Of a stretch of 64,000 nt of DNA, positions 42,986 to 55,877 are shown piece by piece. Source of the DNA: the human T2T-CHM13v2.0 reference genome, Homo sapiens; assembly GCF_009914755.1 (NCBI RefSeq), contig NC_060937.1; one strand, 5' to 3'. Below the pieces are notes generated by a model. It was not told where the DNA came from. It ran no database searches and was given only the letters and a program-made list of their open reading frames with translations. The first letter of the stretch is position 1; each line of letters starts with the position of its first letter. The translations under genes and the position numbers were made by a program.

Positions 42986-45305
42986 CAGTGAACGGCCCAG
43001 TGAATGGCCTCTGTACTCTGGTCTCAGTTCTTTCTCCATGAAACAGCAGGAACAATAGTATTTTACATATGGGCTGTGTGAGAGCTGGGGAGAATAGATA
43101 TGTAAAGGGTTTCTATGTACTTATCAGGGTGCCTGGCATATATTTAAGGTTCAACAAGTGGTAGCTATCATCAACGCATTCTTCCCTTATTGAAAACGTC
43201 TTATTTTAGTCTGCATTTTAGTTTAGAGAAAGGAGCCACATGGAGCCAGGTGCTGGCTTGGATTTGGCCCTTCCAGCCATCCGAGCATGGACTGACCCAG
43301 CCCTCTTTCCTAGGTTTGCATCCCAGGTAGGGCCTGGTTCCCTGGGGCGCCATTGGCCCAGAGCCCCTCAGGGTCACCTCAGGTCAGTTATCCAAGAAAT
43401 CCTTAAGTTTCATCTTTTAAATCATCCATGTAAAATTTATTTTACCTCAGTGATTTTTCTTCTGAGAATCCTATTTAAACACACTCTTTCCCCCTTCAAT
43501 TAAACCAGCAAGAATTCAGTACCCTTCTACCCCTTCAACTCTTCCTCCACCCCCTGAGCATTCCCATGCATCATTCTCCGGCATCATTCTCACTGCATCC
43601 TCAGGCTCTGGGAAGCTGCGTGATCACCTGAGGTGATCCAAACTCAGGTCTGTCTCGCTCACCAGTGTTTTCTCCATTCCCTTATGCGGAGGAGGACAAG
43701 TAAGGCCCCGTTAACGCTAACCTGTGGGCTTAAGCCCTAGCTGTCCATCTGCTGACCAGGCGGACATTCACTAAAGACCATGAATATGACTTATGGGTGC
43801 CAGCCCACCCACCTCCTAGTCCCACACTGCACCTGCAAACATCACCATGGAGCTCCACAGGGCAACCGTTCCTTCCTCGTCTAAGTGACTTGCCAGTGGA
43901 CCAGCGACATCCCAGGTCTCTCTCTCTCAACAAATGGCAGCAGGTTGGTGGGGATGTGATGCTGCCAGGTGAAGGACAAGTTTTATTAAGCCTGAGTAAA
44001 AGACTGGGGGTAGCTGGGGACAAGGAGGAGTTTGAGCACCCAGAGAGGGTGCTCACAGAAGGAAAGAGGGAGAGAGCAGAAGCAGGAATTCCAGAGGAAA
44101 TAATATAATTCAAGAACAAAGATGGACAGGCACCCCTAGGTTCCTGAATCTTCCATCTTCTGCCACCCCTGCCCTGCTCACATATCCAGGTACCCTTACA
44201 CACCTGAGCCAATCCAGTGAGCTGTTTTCTGGGAGATGCTAGGGAAACCCACACGCTACTGAGGACAGGTGCTACCAGCGAGTCCTGTGGTTTAAGGACA
44301 GTGTTCCTCAGGGCTGTGTAGAAGGGCTCTGCGCTAAAAGCAATTCTGCTAATTACTAAGTATGTGTTGGGCAAGTTAAGTTACTTAACATCTCTGAGTT
44401 CACGTTTCTGAGCTGCAAAATGCATTGATGGGGCTTAAACGAGATGACAAAAGTGCCTGCAGCAGCTACCCGATAAATCACAATATCATCACAATTCTGG
44501 GTTGACCCTGGTCTCTGCCCCAGGGAGTTCCGAATTCTCACGTCCCAAACTGCAAACTCAGTGTCCTCCAAGAATGTCGCCCTTCTCCTCCCACCTCTAG
44601 ATGTTTCAGTAACTTCTTTCCTGTTTATTGAGAGATTCATCCCAGTGTCCTCTCATTCCCTTCTGTCCCTCTGGGAATTTCTTCCATCAGTTTTGCTTCC
44701 TTTTTCATACCTGTCACCTGAGCTTCCAAATATCGATCTCTCTCCATCCTAAAAATATTTCTGTGCCTCATCCCTGCATGCTCAAAGGTGATCTTCCTTC
44801 TCCTCTTTACCATCACAGTTCTCAAAATAATGATTGGCATTTCTTGAATGTTTCTCTCGAAGGCCCTCTGTGAACTCCTAGTGCCAATTCCAGCAATGCC
44901 TTGGGGGTCAGCACTTCCTCCTGCCACCTCTGCACCTTCAGCTGTTCTCCATCCTGGAACTTTCCTGACAGCCCCCTGGTCCTCATCTCAAGTCATCTGT
45001 AACATTTAATGTGACTGACACTTCCCGCTTTAAAAATCTTTCTCAGTGTCTGGATATTTTAGAATTGCACAAGGCCGTATGAAGGGGTGGAAAGACATGG
45101 CATCCGGGATTTACTTTAAATTACTTCAGCAAATAAAAAAGAGAAAAAGAAAGAAAAGGAGGAATAGAAGAAGCAAAAATGATATGGCAAAACCTTGACA
45201 ATTATTTAATTCAAGATGTTCAGGGTGGGTATATGGGGATTCACTCTTAGTCTCTGTATTTCTACATACAAAGCAATTGACATTTTCCATGTAATTTTTA
45301 AAACT

Positions 45306-45641
<336 letters not shown>

Positions 45642-46618
45642 TAGAAATTATTTTTCTTTCCTGGACCTCCTTATGACACATCTCTCCTGGCTCTGCTCCT
45701 TTCTGAAACCTCCTATTCCCATCTTTTCCTTCTCTTTCTCTACCTGCTTTGTGAAAAATAAGTGCTTCCCAAGGCCCTTGCTCGCCTCTGTGTGAAGTGC
45801 CAGTGGCCAGTGCCGAGGCCCAGGTGAAACTCCCCAGCCCACTGATTCACCTGAGCCTGCTGTGAAGGTGAGCCAATGCTATAGCTTTAGTCCTGCCCTC
45901 TCTACAAACACCAGACCCACGTGTATTTTTAAAAATTTACACATATTTTAAATATGTATATAAATACAGAGAATAAGAAGACAAAATCCCTGACCCACTA
46001 CCCAGATTTAACCAGTGCTGACATTTTGGTACATTTGCTTCATAGTTTTAGAAATAACAAGTTACAAATATAGCTGAAGGCCCCGACACACCTCTCCCAG
46101 ACCCCATTCTCTTCTCTTGCTCCCCATAGGAAACCACCGATCTGAACTTGGTATATAGCCCCAGACCATGTTTGTACTTTGACCACAGAGACTGGTGTCT
46201 AGAACAATACATAAAATTATTTTTTTTTAATCTTCATGACTCTTTAAGTATCTGTAATTTTTTTCACTCAACACTGTGTTTTCCCCATATTGATACACAC
46301 AGATCCTGTTGGTTCATTCTGAATGCTGCAGAGTAAATACTTTCTCTTATGACACACATCGCAAGTTGTCTGTCCACTTCCCTAAGCAGACGTCTCGGCT
46401 GTGTCCCGAGCAAACGGTGCCATGGTGACCTGCCTTTGCAGGTCTCCTGCTGCGCACCTGCGTGAGCATGTCGCTCTCCTCACCTGCCACCGTCCCTGTG
46501 ACACTTTCTTGTGCTTGTTTGCTTTTCTGACTCCCCCACTCAAATGCAAGCAAAGAAAGTGAGTACTTTCATCTCTATGCTATTAATGCATCATGCCTAG
46601 CTCATAGTGGATTAATAT

Positions 46619-46676
46619 GAAGGAGAAAAGGAAGGAAGGAAAGGAAGAAGGAAGGAAGGAAAGGAGGGAGGGAGGC
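46619..46676. repeat. Degenerate (GGAA)n tract
   Basis: Visible directly in the sequence. Confidence 0.85.
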
Positions 46677-49257
46677 TTTCTATCACCAGGCTCAGGAGCT
46701 AAGGACTAGGCAATACGTGGAATTATTTTGTGGAAGTCCAGGTATGACGTTGCAGTGAGGAATCCAAGAGGCATTTTAATAGCAATGTATATGCCTGCAA
46801 CCAAAGAACATACTCTCAGCAAGCGTTTTACCTCTCAGCAGAAAGATGTGAGCTGCTGCCTGTATTTTGCACTGCTCCTGAAACGGGTCTGATAACAGCT
46901 AGTTATAGAATATTTGGTGTCATTTTCCAGATGAAGGGAACTACATGGTCTCAAGCCAGCTAAGACTTGACAGAGAAAAGATAAGACTTTGACAGTAATT
47001 CAGCCAACGTGTATTTCCACTCCTGCTCTGTGCCAGGCAGCACAGGTGAGCCCTGAGGAGGGTCTGGGTAGGGCATGGCCTCTTCACTCCCCTACAATCC
47101 ACTCACCACATGAAGCAAATCATGTCACGCCCCTCCTTCAAGCCCTCCAATGTCTCCCAGCAGCTTTGCAATAAAGTGTCAACTTCTTGCTCTGCTGGTG
47201 TCTTTGAGATCTGGGCCTGTTCTTCCTGCCTCCCTCCATCCTACCCATGTGCACCAGTGCTGACCCTCCCAGCCGGGTCCCCTCAGGGCTTTCTCACTCA
47301 CAGGGCAGTATCTTCCCATGGCAATCCCCCTCCCCACCTCTCATCACTGCCTCCTCTACCCTGCTGTCCTGCTACAGTGTCTTCATGGCACTTTCCACTG
47401 GCAGAAATGACAGGATTTGCCTATTATTGCTGTCTCTTTGTTCCACTAGAATGTAAACTCATGAAGGGCAGGAGCCTTGTCTGAATCGTTTCTTGGCTGT
47501 AGATCCCTCACCTACAATTGCGACAGTCACCTAATGAGTATTTATTGCAAGTGGACTTCCGGTGGCCTTCAGATTCTCTGCCCCATCGTGCCTGAGGCCC
47601 AGCTGTGAAACTGCAACATTCCTGCACTCCAATTATGGATTCCCCTTAGGCTCAAACTCATTTCATTTTGCTTGTGATAACTGCAATTCACAGCTCTGCG
47701 ACGCCTGGTGGGAGAGGAGCTAGGCAGAGAGCTCGCTGTATCAGGAGGCAGCCATTGAGTGCTGACCCTGGTCAATACGCAGACATTGATCTGAGAATGG
47801 AGAAGCGGCTGCACATTTCTCAGGCTGTCAAGTACCTGCAGTGACCATGAGCAGTAAGGTGTGTGGCAAGAGATGGGGCAAGCCCTGGGTTTTCCTTCAA
47901 GACCTGGTGCAGAGCAGACGTTCGGATATCTAGCAGGTTTGCCTCTCAATCCATAAACCTGGGTCTCTAGTGAACTGCTATTCCAGTCTCTAATTCCACT
48001 GGGCTGGAAATTACAGATTGGTTGTTACTGGACTCCAGGAGGCTCCCAAAGTCTCACAGAAATCCAGGAGACTTAAATGATCCAAGGGCAGGAAAGAAGG
48101 CTGCTCATCCCAGCCTAGCAGCGGATTTGCTCCTCAGTCTTCAGTGTCTAAGCTCAGAGCAGTTCCTGCAAGTCTACCTCCAGGCAAGGGAATCTACCGA
48201 GGTGGGGCACCCCTGGGGGCTGTGCCTCTCTAAGGCACACCAGGTACCCTCTTCCTCGGAGCTCTTGCTGTCAGTAGCCCACCTAAGCACACATCCAGGC
48301 AACACCTGTCCTTTGCTCACCCAGGCCACAGGGGAAGCTCTGGGCAACTCCTCTTCCAGGACATTAACGCAGCATAAGGGGATAATGGTCTGCTCTACCT
48401 TCAAGCCGTCAGAACTTAAGGGGCTCAAGCATCTTTTTCTCACAGACATGTGCCCCCTGCTCTCCCCTCTCTCCCACTCAGCTGGGGAGCGGAGGTCCAA
48501 AGCATTTTCTCAGAAACTCAACCTGATGTAATCTTTCTCACATTCTTTCTCATCAGTATCCCTCCCCACCCACTGTGTGCGTGTGTGTGTGTATGTGTGT
48601 GTGTGTTGGGGATATGTGTTGGTTCAGCCTGATCATGCAATCTCTCCACTCATTTATACGTGTGGGTTGTGCTTTTTAAAACATAACTGTCAAGACTTAA
48701 CGTCTTTGTTTTCTTGTTCCTCCCTCACACCTCTCTGCAGGCAGCCCTGGCCTCTTGAGCAGGGAGTGTCAGAGGGTGGAGATGGCGTATCAGTTCATCC
48801 TTTACAGACCATCCAACCGCAGGAGTTATCGCTTGAAAAAAGGTTTCACAGTTCGTTGGGAAATGCTGGGCACATGCCCTTTTCTTAATGACTCACGGGG
48901 CAGATAAACACAGGAAGGGTCATCTCCAGAAAAGAGCCCTGTTTATACACTAGTGATTCCCAAATGCGCTCAGCTTCAGAGGCTTCTTCAGAGAAGTCTT
49001 GGGTGGGCGTGGCCCAGGCTTAGGCTCCTGTTCCCAGGACTGCTGGGTTGTATTTCTATATACAAAGCAGTTGATACTTTTCACGGTAATTTTTTAAATT
49101 ATTTTTATTTATTTAGTTTTGGGGACAGGGTCTGGCCCTGTCACCCTGGCTGGAGCACAGTGGTGTGATCACAGCTCACTGCAGCCTCAACCTGCCAGGC
49201 GACAGCAGTGACTCCTGTGGGACAGGGATCACACCTGCAGAAGAGCTTAGGTGGGTG

Positions 49258-49712
49258 GATTCACTTCCTGTTGCAGCTGTAACAAACTACTGCAAACTTC
49301 ATGGCTTAAAACAATGCAAATTTGTCCTCTTACCGTCCCAGAGGTTGGAAGTTTGAAATGGGTCTTATGAGCTAAAATCAAGATGTGGGCAGGGCTGGGT
49401 CCTTCTGGAGGCTCCAAGGGAGGATCTATTCCTCGCCTCTTCCAGCTTCTGAGGCCACCACAGTCCTTGGCTTGTGGCCCTGCCTCCATCTCCAATCGCA
49501 TCCCTCCAACCTCTTCCTCTATCATTGCATCTCCTCTCTGATCCTCCTACCTCCCTCTTAGAAACACCCTTGTGATTATCTGGGGCCACCCACATGGTCC
49601 AGGATCCTCTTGCCATGTCAAGACCCTTAATCACATGTGCAGGGCTCCTTTTGCCCTTCACAGGCTCTGAGGATTCGGATGAGGATGTCTTGGGGGCCAC
49701 TGTTCTGCCAGC
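49258..49712 (-). mobile_element. MLT1C-like LTR
   Basis: GCTGTAACAAACTAC...GGCTTAAAACAA...GCTAAAATCAAG...CCTTCTGGAGGCTCC...CCTTAATCACAT. Confidence 0.85.
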
Positions 49713-50286
49713 TGCAGGGTGTGGTGCTGGAGGCATGGAGTGGGCTGTCTGAATCCTCCATCAGAGTCCGGTGATGGCAATGTAACCTCACGTGGAGCTG
49801 GCTGGATGATTCTTGGACAAGCCTCTGTTGGCAAATCCTGATGAGCCCTAGGCACTCTGCACTGCAGCCTGCCAATGCCAGCAGGGATGGGAGACTACAC
49901 TTTTGACAAACCAAGTCCAGTCCTAGACACTGAGATCTGGGCTGCGACTCAGTCCTCTCTGCCCCATCGCCTGTGATGGGACCTCTCCGGAGACAGAATG
50001 CGATGGGCTGGTGAGGAGCTGCTCTGTGACCTGACAGGCTTCACTGCCACCACCACAGCCACCTGGGGAGGCGATGGAATGGGTGGCTTGTTAAGGCCAG
50101 GAAAAGCAACAGTGTCAGTTGTGCCACACCCACACTGAGATCGGTTGAAAGCCCACAGCCAAGCACCAGACCCTCAGGCAGCACATCTCACAGTGGAAAG
50201 TGCCGGCAGCCACTCAGATGCTTTGGGGCTGGCGCTGTGGACTTGAGAGCCACTGGTGAGACAAACAGCTCCAAAGCTGCCTGTTC

Positions 50287-50450
50287 AAAGAAGAAGAGAG
50301 AAAAAGAAGGGAGGAGAGAAGGAAGGGATGGAAAAAAAGGAAGATGGAAGGAGAGAAGGGGGTAAAAGAAGAAACAAGAGGGGAGGGGAGGAGAGGAGAG
50401 GGGAAGGAAGGGGAGGGGAGGGGAAAAGAAGGGAGGAGAGGACAGGGGGA
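50287..50450. repeat. Polypurine (GA-rich) low-complexity tract
   Basis: About 160 bp almost entirely G/A on the + strand. Confidence 0.9.
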
Positions 50451-50941
50451 CAATCCCCCAAGCCCAATTAGCCCTCAGCCACCCCTGCAGAGATGAGCAG
50501 CTGTCCTCCAAAGCTAGGAGGCACTCTGGTTTCATTGCAGGTGAACATCAAGAGAAAATCTCACCCACAGGCAGCAGTTTGGTCCTATTTTCCCCAGGTG
50601 GGTACCTGCCTTTTGGCACCCCTCAGACGAAGCCCCTTTCGGGGCTCTATGAATTATCTCGAGTTAATAATAAGCATCAGGCACCCTCAGGGCTTGGGGC
50701 TGGGTAAAGAAGAGGAGGAACAACCTACTCCTGATCAATTTTGAAAACCACGCCTTCCTCAACCTTTCAGCTACCCTCCCACCTTACAGCTGCTTCTCCC
50801 CAGAGCCTTGCCCTCTAGTCATTCCTGTCTGGGACTGGCCACCTGGTGGCCTTCTAGAGGTTGGCGCCCTATTCAGATGTCCTTTGGACTCTCCTCCCCC
50901 ACTGTTTAAAACAAAACAACAACCAAAAAAACACCCCCTCA

Positions 50942-51079
50942 GGCCTGGCTTAAGTGGCTCTCACCTGTAATCCCAACTCTTTGGGAGGCCAAGGCAGGAG
51001 GATCACTTGAGCCCATGAGTTCCAGACCAGCCTGGGCAACACAGCCAGACCCCTTCTCTAAAACAAAAACAAACAAAAA
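50942..51079 (+). mobile_element. Alu left-arm monomer (FLAM-like)
   Basis: GGCCTGG...CACCTGTAATCCCA...GAGTTCCAGACCAGCCTGGGCAAC followed directly by an A-rich tail. Confidence 0.85.
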
Positions 51080-52559
51080 CCTCTTTTCCTCTTTCCCCCA
51101 GTCCCAGGAGAGGGGGTGCTGGGTCTGTTGATGGTCTCCACAATCCTGCCAGTGGGGTTGAGTCTAGGGATGGAGCCCCCATCTGCCCTGTTATTCTTCC
51201 TAGGACCCCCACTTCTGCATTCTTGGGGCCACAGTTCAGAGAATGGGGCAGAGAGGGGATGGTGGAGTCTCCTGAGTTGGTGGAAGAGAAAGAAGAGAGC
51301 ACTGCTGGCTGTGCCTGCTTCCTTCCGTCCTGCCTGAATTCTGCCTGTCTCCAAACAGTGTGGCCCCACTCAGCCTACTCATCCCCTTTCCCGCTCTCCC
51401 CAGCAGCCAGGATGCACCCCCACTGCATACAACAATCATGCACCACCTGGACCATAAGCCCTCTCTTCCCCTCCCGAGCAAATCCCTCCTGTGCCTGACC
51501 TCACTCAGTTCTCACCCTCTCTCAGCAGCATTCCCAGAAGATCTCTTCTCTGTATCTGATATAAACTGTATTGTGGGAGGAGAGATTCTGTGGTCCCACC
51601 AGTATGTTTGGGAAATGCGGATTTTACGCTGCAGGACTTCTCAGAACCTTTGACATAACAAGATCTGCTGGCAAGGGGCGAGCCAGCACACGTAAGCACC
51701 TCAGGCCCTTGACACCTCTTCCTCTGGGAAGCCTTCCTGGCATTACTAGACATTACTCCTTTCTAAATTTCTCTTGCACTTAGAAGGAATGCGCCACTGT
51801 TTAGCTCTTTCTTAGTTGCTCATTTGTTTTCCCAAAACTCCACTGCCTTCGTCTAGGCACCCCCTAGCAAAGCAGCTTGAGGACAGGAGTCCCATTTCAT
51901 ACCAAGCTAAGCACCTGGCAGGAACATCACATTTCATCGACTGACTTCTAAAACTGATTAAAACTAGCAGAAAATTGTGTCAGCTTTCTGATAATTTCTC
52001 CACTTAATTGCCATCTTACATCATCAGCAAAAGTACTGCCGGTGAGCACTTTCCATAGAAATTGAAACAAACAAGGAAGTGATTCTTAGAACAGATGCTA
52101 CCAAAGGTGGAATTAACTTTTTTCTTTCCTTGTACTAATCTAGATGGTTTGTTTATAAATAGCAATACACACATCCCTACACATCACACATACACACACA
52201 CCCCTACACACAAAACACAAATATAGACACATAGAGCCATCCCAGACAGCCCCTCAGTTCCAGTAGTTACAGAGATGCATAGAGATGTGTACCAGAGCCT
52301 TCCTTGGTAACTCATGCCCCTTCCACACTTCCTCCCACAGCTTGCCAAGGAGAGACACTCTGCCCATTCTGCCCTGACCATGTGGCTTTCCCCTAAACAC
52401 CCCTTACCCACCCAGGCCTCCACCTTCATATTCTTCCATGAAATCACACTTCAGTGCCAGCCCAGATGCCACCCTTCCTCCCCAAAGCTGAGACCGGACA
52501 TGATTTTTTCTCCTCACCAAATCCCTCTCCTAAGACAAGGAGCTCCTTCTGTCATTAGC

Positions 52560-52842
52560 TGTGTGTGTAGTAGTGTGTTTATGTGTGCAGTGGTGTATGG
52601 TGTGGTGCATATATGTATGTAAATGTGCATGAGGTATGTGTGTTGTGCATATGTGTCTATGTGTATGTGGTATGTGTGGCATATATGTATGTGAGGTGCA
52701 TGTGGTATGTGGTGTGTGCAGTGTGACATATATGTGTGGTGTGTGTCTATGAGTGTGTGGTATGTGGTGTGTGTGGTGTGTGTGTGTGGTGTGTGTGTCT
52801 ATGTGTGCATGGTATGTGGTGTGTGTGGTGTATGTGTGTGTG
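52560..52842. repeat. Degenerate TG-rich (TGTGG/TATG) simple repeat
   Basis: Visible directly; it produces the His/Thr-rich and Val/Cys-rich spurious ORFs in the track. Confidence 0.9.
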
Positions 52843-53469
52843 TCTTGTCTTCCCTGCACTGGTTCCTTGAGGCAGGCTCTGTGCCTTCCCTGAATCCTTC
52901 CAGGCTCAGCATGGGCTCAGGACTTCCCTGGGGACCTGGAGATGGGAGCCCCTCCCGCAGTGACCTCCTTGCTGTGGCTTTTCTCTTCCTCACTCACTGT
53001 GGATGAAGCCACCTCCAGCTCCACAGCCCCCGTTCTGGTGACTTCCCACTTGCTGGGAGAGGCCAAGCTAACCTGGGTCCCTCCAGGAGATCTGCTTCAT
53101 GGGCAGTGGACACAATTCACTAGTCCTCCCCACTGCCGAGGTGAGGGCGTAATCAGAGTAAACCCATGGATGACACAGGGGAAAGCCCTGGAGCATTAGA
53201 GCAGCCTGAATGTTTAGGCTCAGGAAGAAGGGAAGAGCCCGTGAGAGGCAAAACAGGTTAAGGTCCCTTCATGGTTGGGGGTGGGGGGGGTGGGGCGGGT
53301 TTGTGGGTGTGGGTGTGGGTGTGGGTGTGTGTGCATGTGCGCGCACGCACACGCACAGTGGGTGGGGACAGGGGCATGCTGGGAGCAGGAGGGATGGAAT
53401 TATCCTCTGAATGCTCTAAGGTGGGACAGGGAGCAAGGATAATTGACAGTGATAGCATAAGTAACATTA

Positions 53470-53582
53470 AAACATTACTAGATCATTCTGTGATGCATTT
53501 ATACTTCTAAGCATCATGTTGCACATCATAGATACATATAATTTTATCTATCAATTTAAAAAATAAAATAATAAAACAAACA
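53470..53582 (+). mobile_element. L1MA-type 3'-end fragment
   Basis: CATCATGTTGCACA...ATACATATAATTTTATCTATCAATTTAAAAAATAAAAT. Confidence 0.65.
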
Positions 53583-54469
53583 TATATATAAAACACTGTT
53601 ATTCAGAAAAACAAAGATTAACTAGAGATTGGTGGAGCTTTAAGGGGAAAACAAAGCCCCCAGCCTAAAGCATCTAGTGCTTCATACTTTACAGGAAACC
53701 CCAATAAACCCAAGTAAGTGTATCCTAAGTCACAAACAGGCAATATCAGCTTCTTTGAGGTTCCCAGAAGTAATACATGTTAACATTTTTAGCTGGATCT
53801 AAGCTTATATGGATTTTGGCATTAATTCCGAACATTAAATAGGAAGGAGAAAATGGAAGTTTATAAAACACCCATATTCCTCCAAAATAAATAAATAAAT
53901 AGACGATCCCCTCACTGCTCCCCACCCCACCCCAGGAACTATTAATAGCAGGTTATTCTGTGATTAAATTCACACGATGCCACGGCCCACTCGCTGCTGT
54001 GATGGAAGTACCACACCACCGTGCTAGGTTTATATTTAGCCCCCAAAGCTGGGTCATCAGAAACAGCAGAGCAAGATTGTTCTATTTTAATCAAAAATTA
54101 GTACATTCTTTAGGAATTCATATCTAAAGGTGATGTAATTCTGTCCTGGAGAAAAGGTAAAGATATTTTAAAAGGTTGCTGAAAATGATCGAATTACTGA
54201 ATATAAGGCAGGTGGGCTGAATGACATAAGGTCCTGTCTTCTAAAACCAGACTGAAATGCCACATTAAAACTCATCACTTTCCTCATCTCCACACTCTTG
54301 TTCACTAGCACCCTTTACACTCACGTCCTCAATCCCCAATGTGCACCAGCATCATTCAGGCGGTCAATAAATATTTTCCAGGAGCCTGCATCCCATTCCA
54401 TCCCAGATGCTCCCTGAGAGCTTTTACCTCTCCAGTCCCTACTTGGGGATGCCCCATCAGTGCCATTCT

Positions 54470-55165
54470 AATGATGACTGCCTTTTATGAGTGTCTGCTG
54501 TGTGCCATGCACCGTGCTAGGCATTTTATGTACATAATTCCCCTTAACCTTCACAAGCCACGGAGGCAGCAGTGAACTCATTTTACACCGATTCAGAAGC
54601 CCAGAATGGTGAGTGACTTCCTTGAGGGGTACAGTCGGGTTTTGAACTCGGGTCTGCCCCAACTCCAAAGCCAGTGCTATTAACCTCCCCTACATTCCGT
54701 GGTCTTCCACTGGACCCAGGGCACACTGAGGTGGAGGACACATGCAAAGACCACCAAGAACCAAGAGAACTGGGGGTCTGGCCTGGTGTCCAGTAACTGG
54801 ACAAACGCAGCTCTTTTTAAAGGCAAACTTTTGTCATCAGTCCACTAAGTCCTAGCAGCAGGCCCCAGAACAGGAACTTCCTCTGGCCCAACATAGAAAG
54901 GTGGCTTTTACCTGCTCCAGGAACAAAGGCTGAGGTGGTTTGTTTTGTTTGTTTGTTTTTTCCTAGAATACAGACATCATCACTCTTAACAGCAACGATG
55001 ACAACAGCCGCTAGCATTTCTTGAGCACTCCGGATGTGCCGGGCACTATTCTAATTGCTTTACTCAGATGACCTCATCATACCCTCATGGCAGTGCTGTG
55101 AGACAGGAACTATTATTATCCCCATTTGTGCAGATGAGAAGGCTGAAGCCCCGACTGCACTCAAC
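54470..55165. mobile_element. Two MIR copies (~54470-54690 and ~55005-55165)
   Basis: GTGCTAGGCATTTTA...AACCTTCACAA and ACTATTATTATCCCCATTTGTGCAGATGAGAAGGCTGA cores. Confidence 0.7.
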
Positions 55166-55586
55166 TGCGAAGAGGTAGGATGATCTGAGGGAGACGGCAT
55201 GACACATTCACTGCCTGTTGAGATCGCCTGTGACCACTGCGTACCTTGCACTTGTGTGCAGGTTTCCTGTGGACTGCCCCTTCCAACCTCCTAGCTCAGG
55301 GCAGTAATGAGGGCAGTTCTTATCAAACAGATGAGAAAATAGAGGTCTGGAGCAGTTTGTAGAGTGGCCCCCAGGGATTTGGTGAGGATCTATTTTCTAA
55401 GCTACCAGGGTATTAGCTTTGTAATCAACTGCTGAAGACAGATTTCTGTCCAGGGGTTTGAGGTGGAGTTCTGTAGACCCAAACACAGGTGGTAGAACAT
55501 GGAGCTTTGGAGCCATCAAAAATACTGTGAGCCCTTTAAAAACCTTTTCTTTTAAAAAATGTTCAAGCCTTAAAAAAAGTTATCCA

Positions 55587-55877
<291 letters not shown>

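Noticed and set aside
43730-44374. 214-aa minus-strand ORF
   Set aside because: It begins within a MIR at a non-ATG codon, has no recognisable homology and shows no clear splice or promoter context.
52514-53006. His/Thr-rich ORFs that could suggest metal-binding peptides next to a copper ATPase gene
   Set aside because: They are translations of the TG/CA simple repeat.
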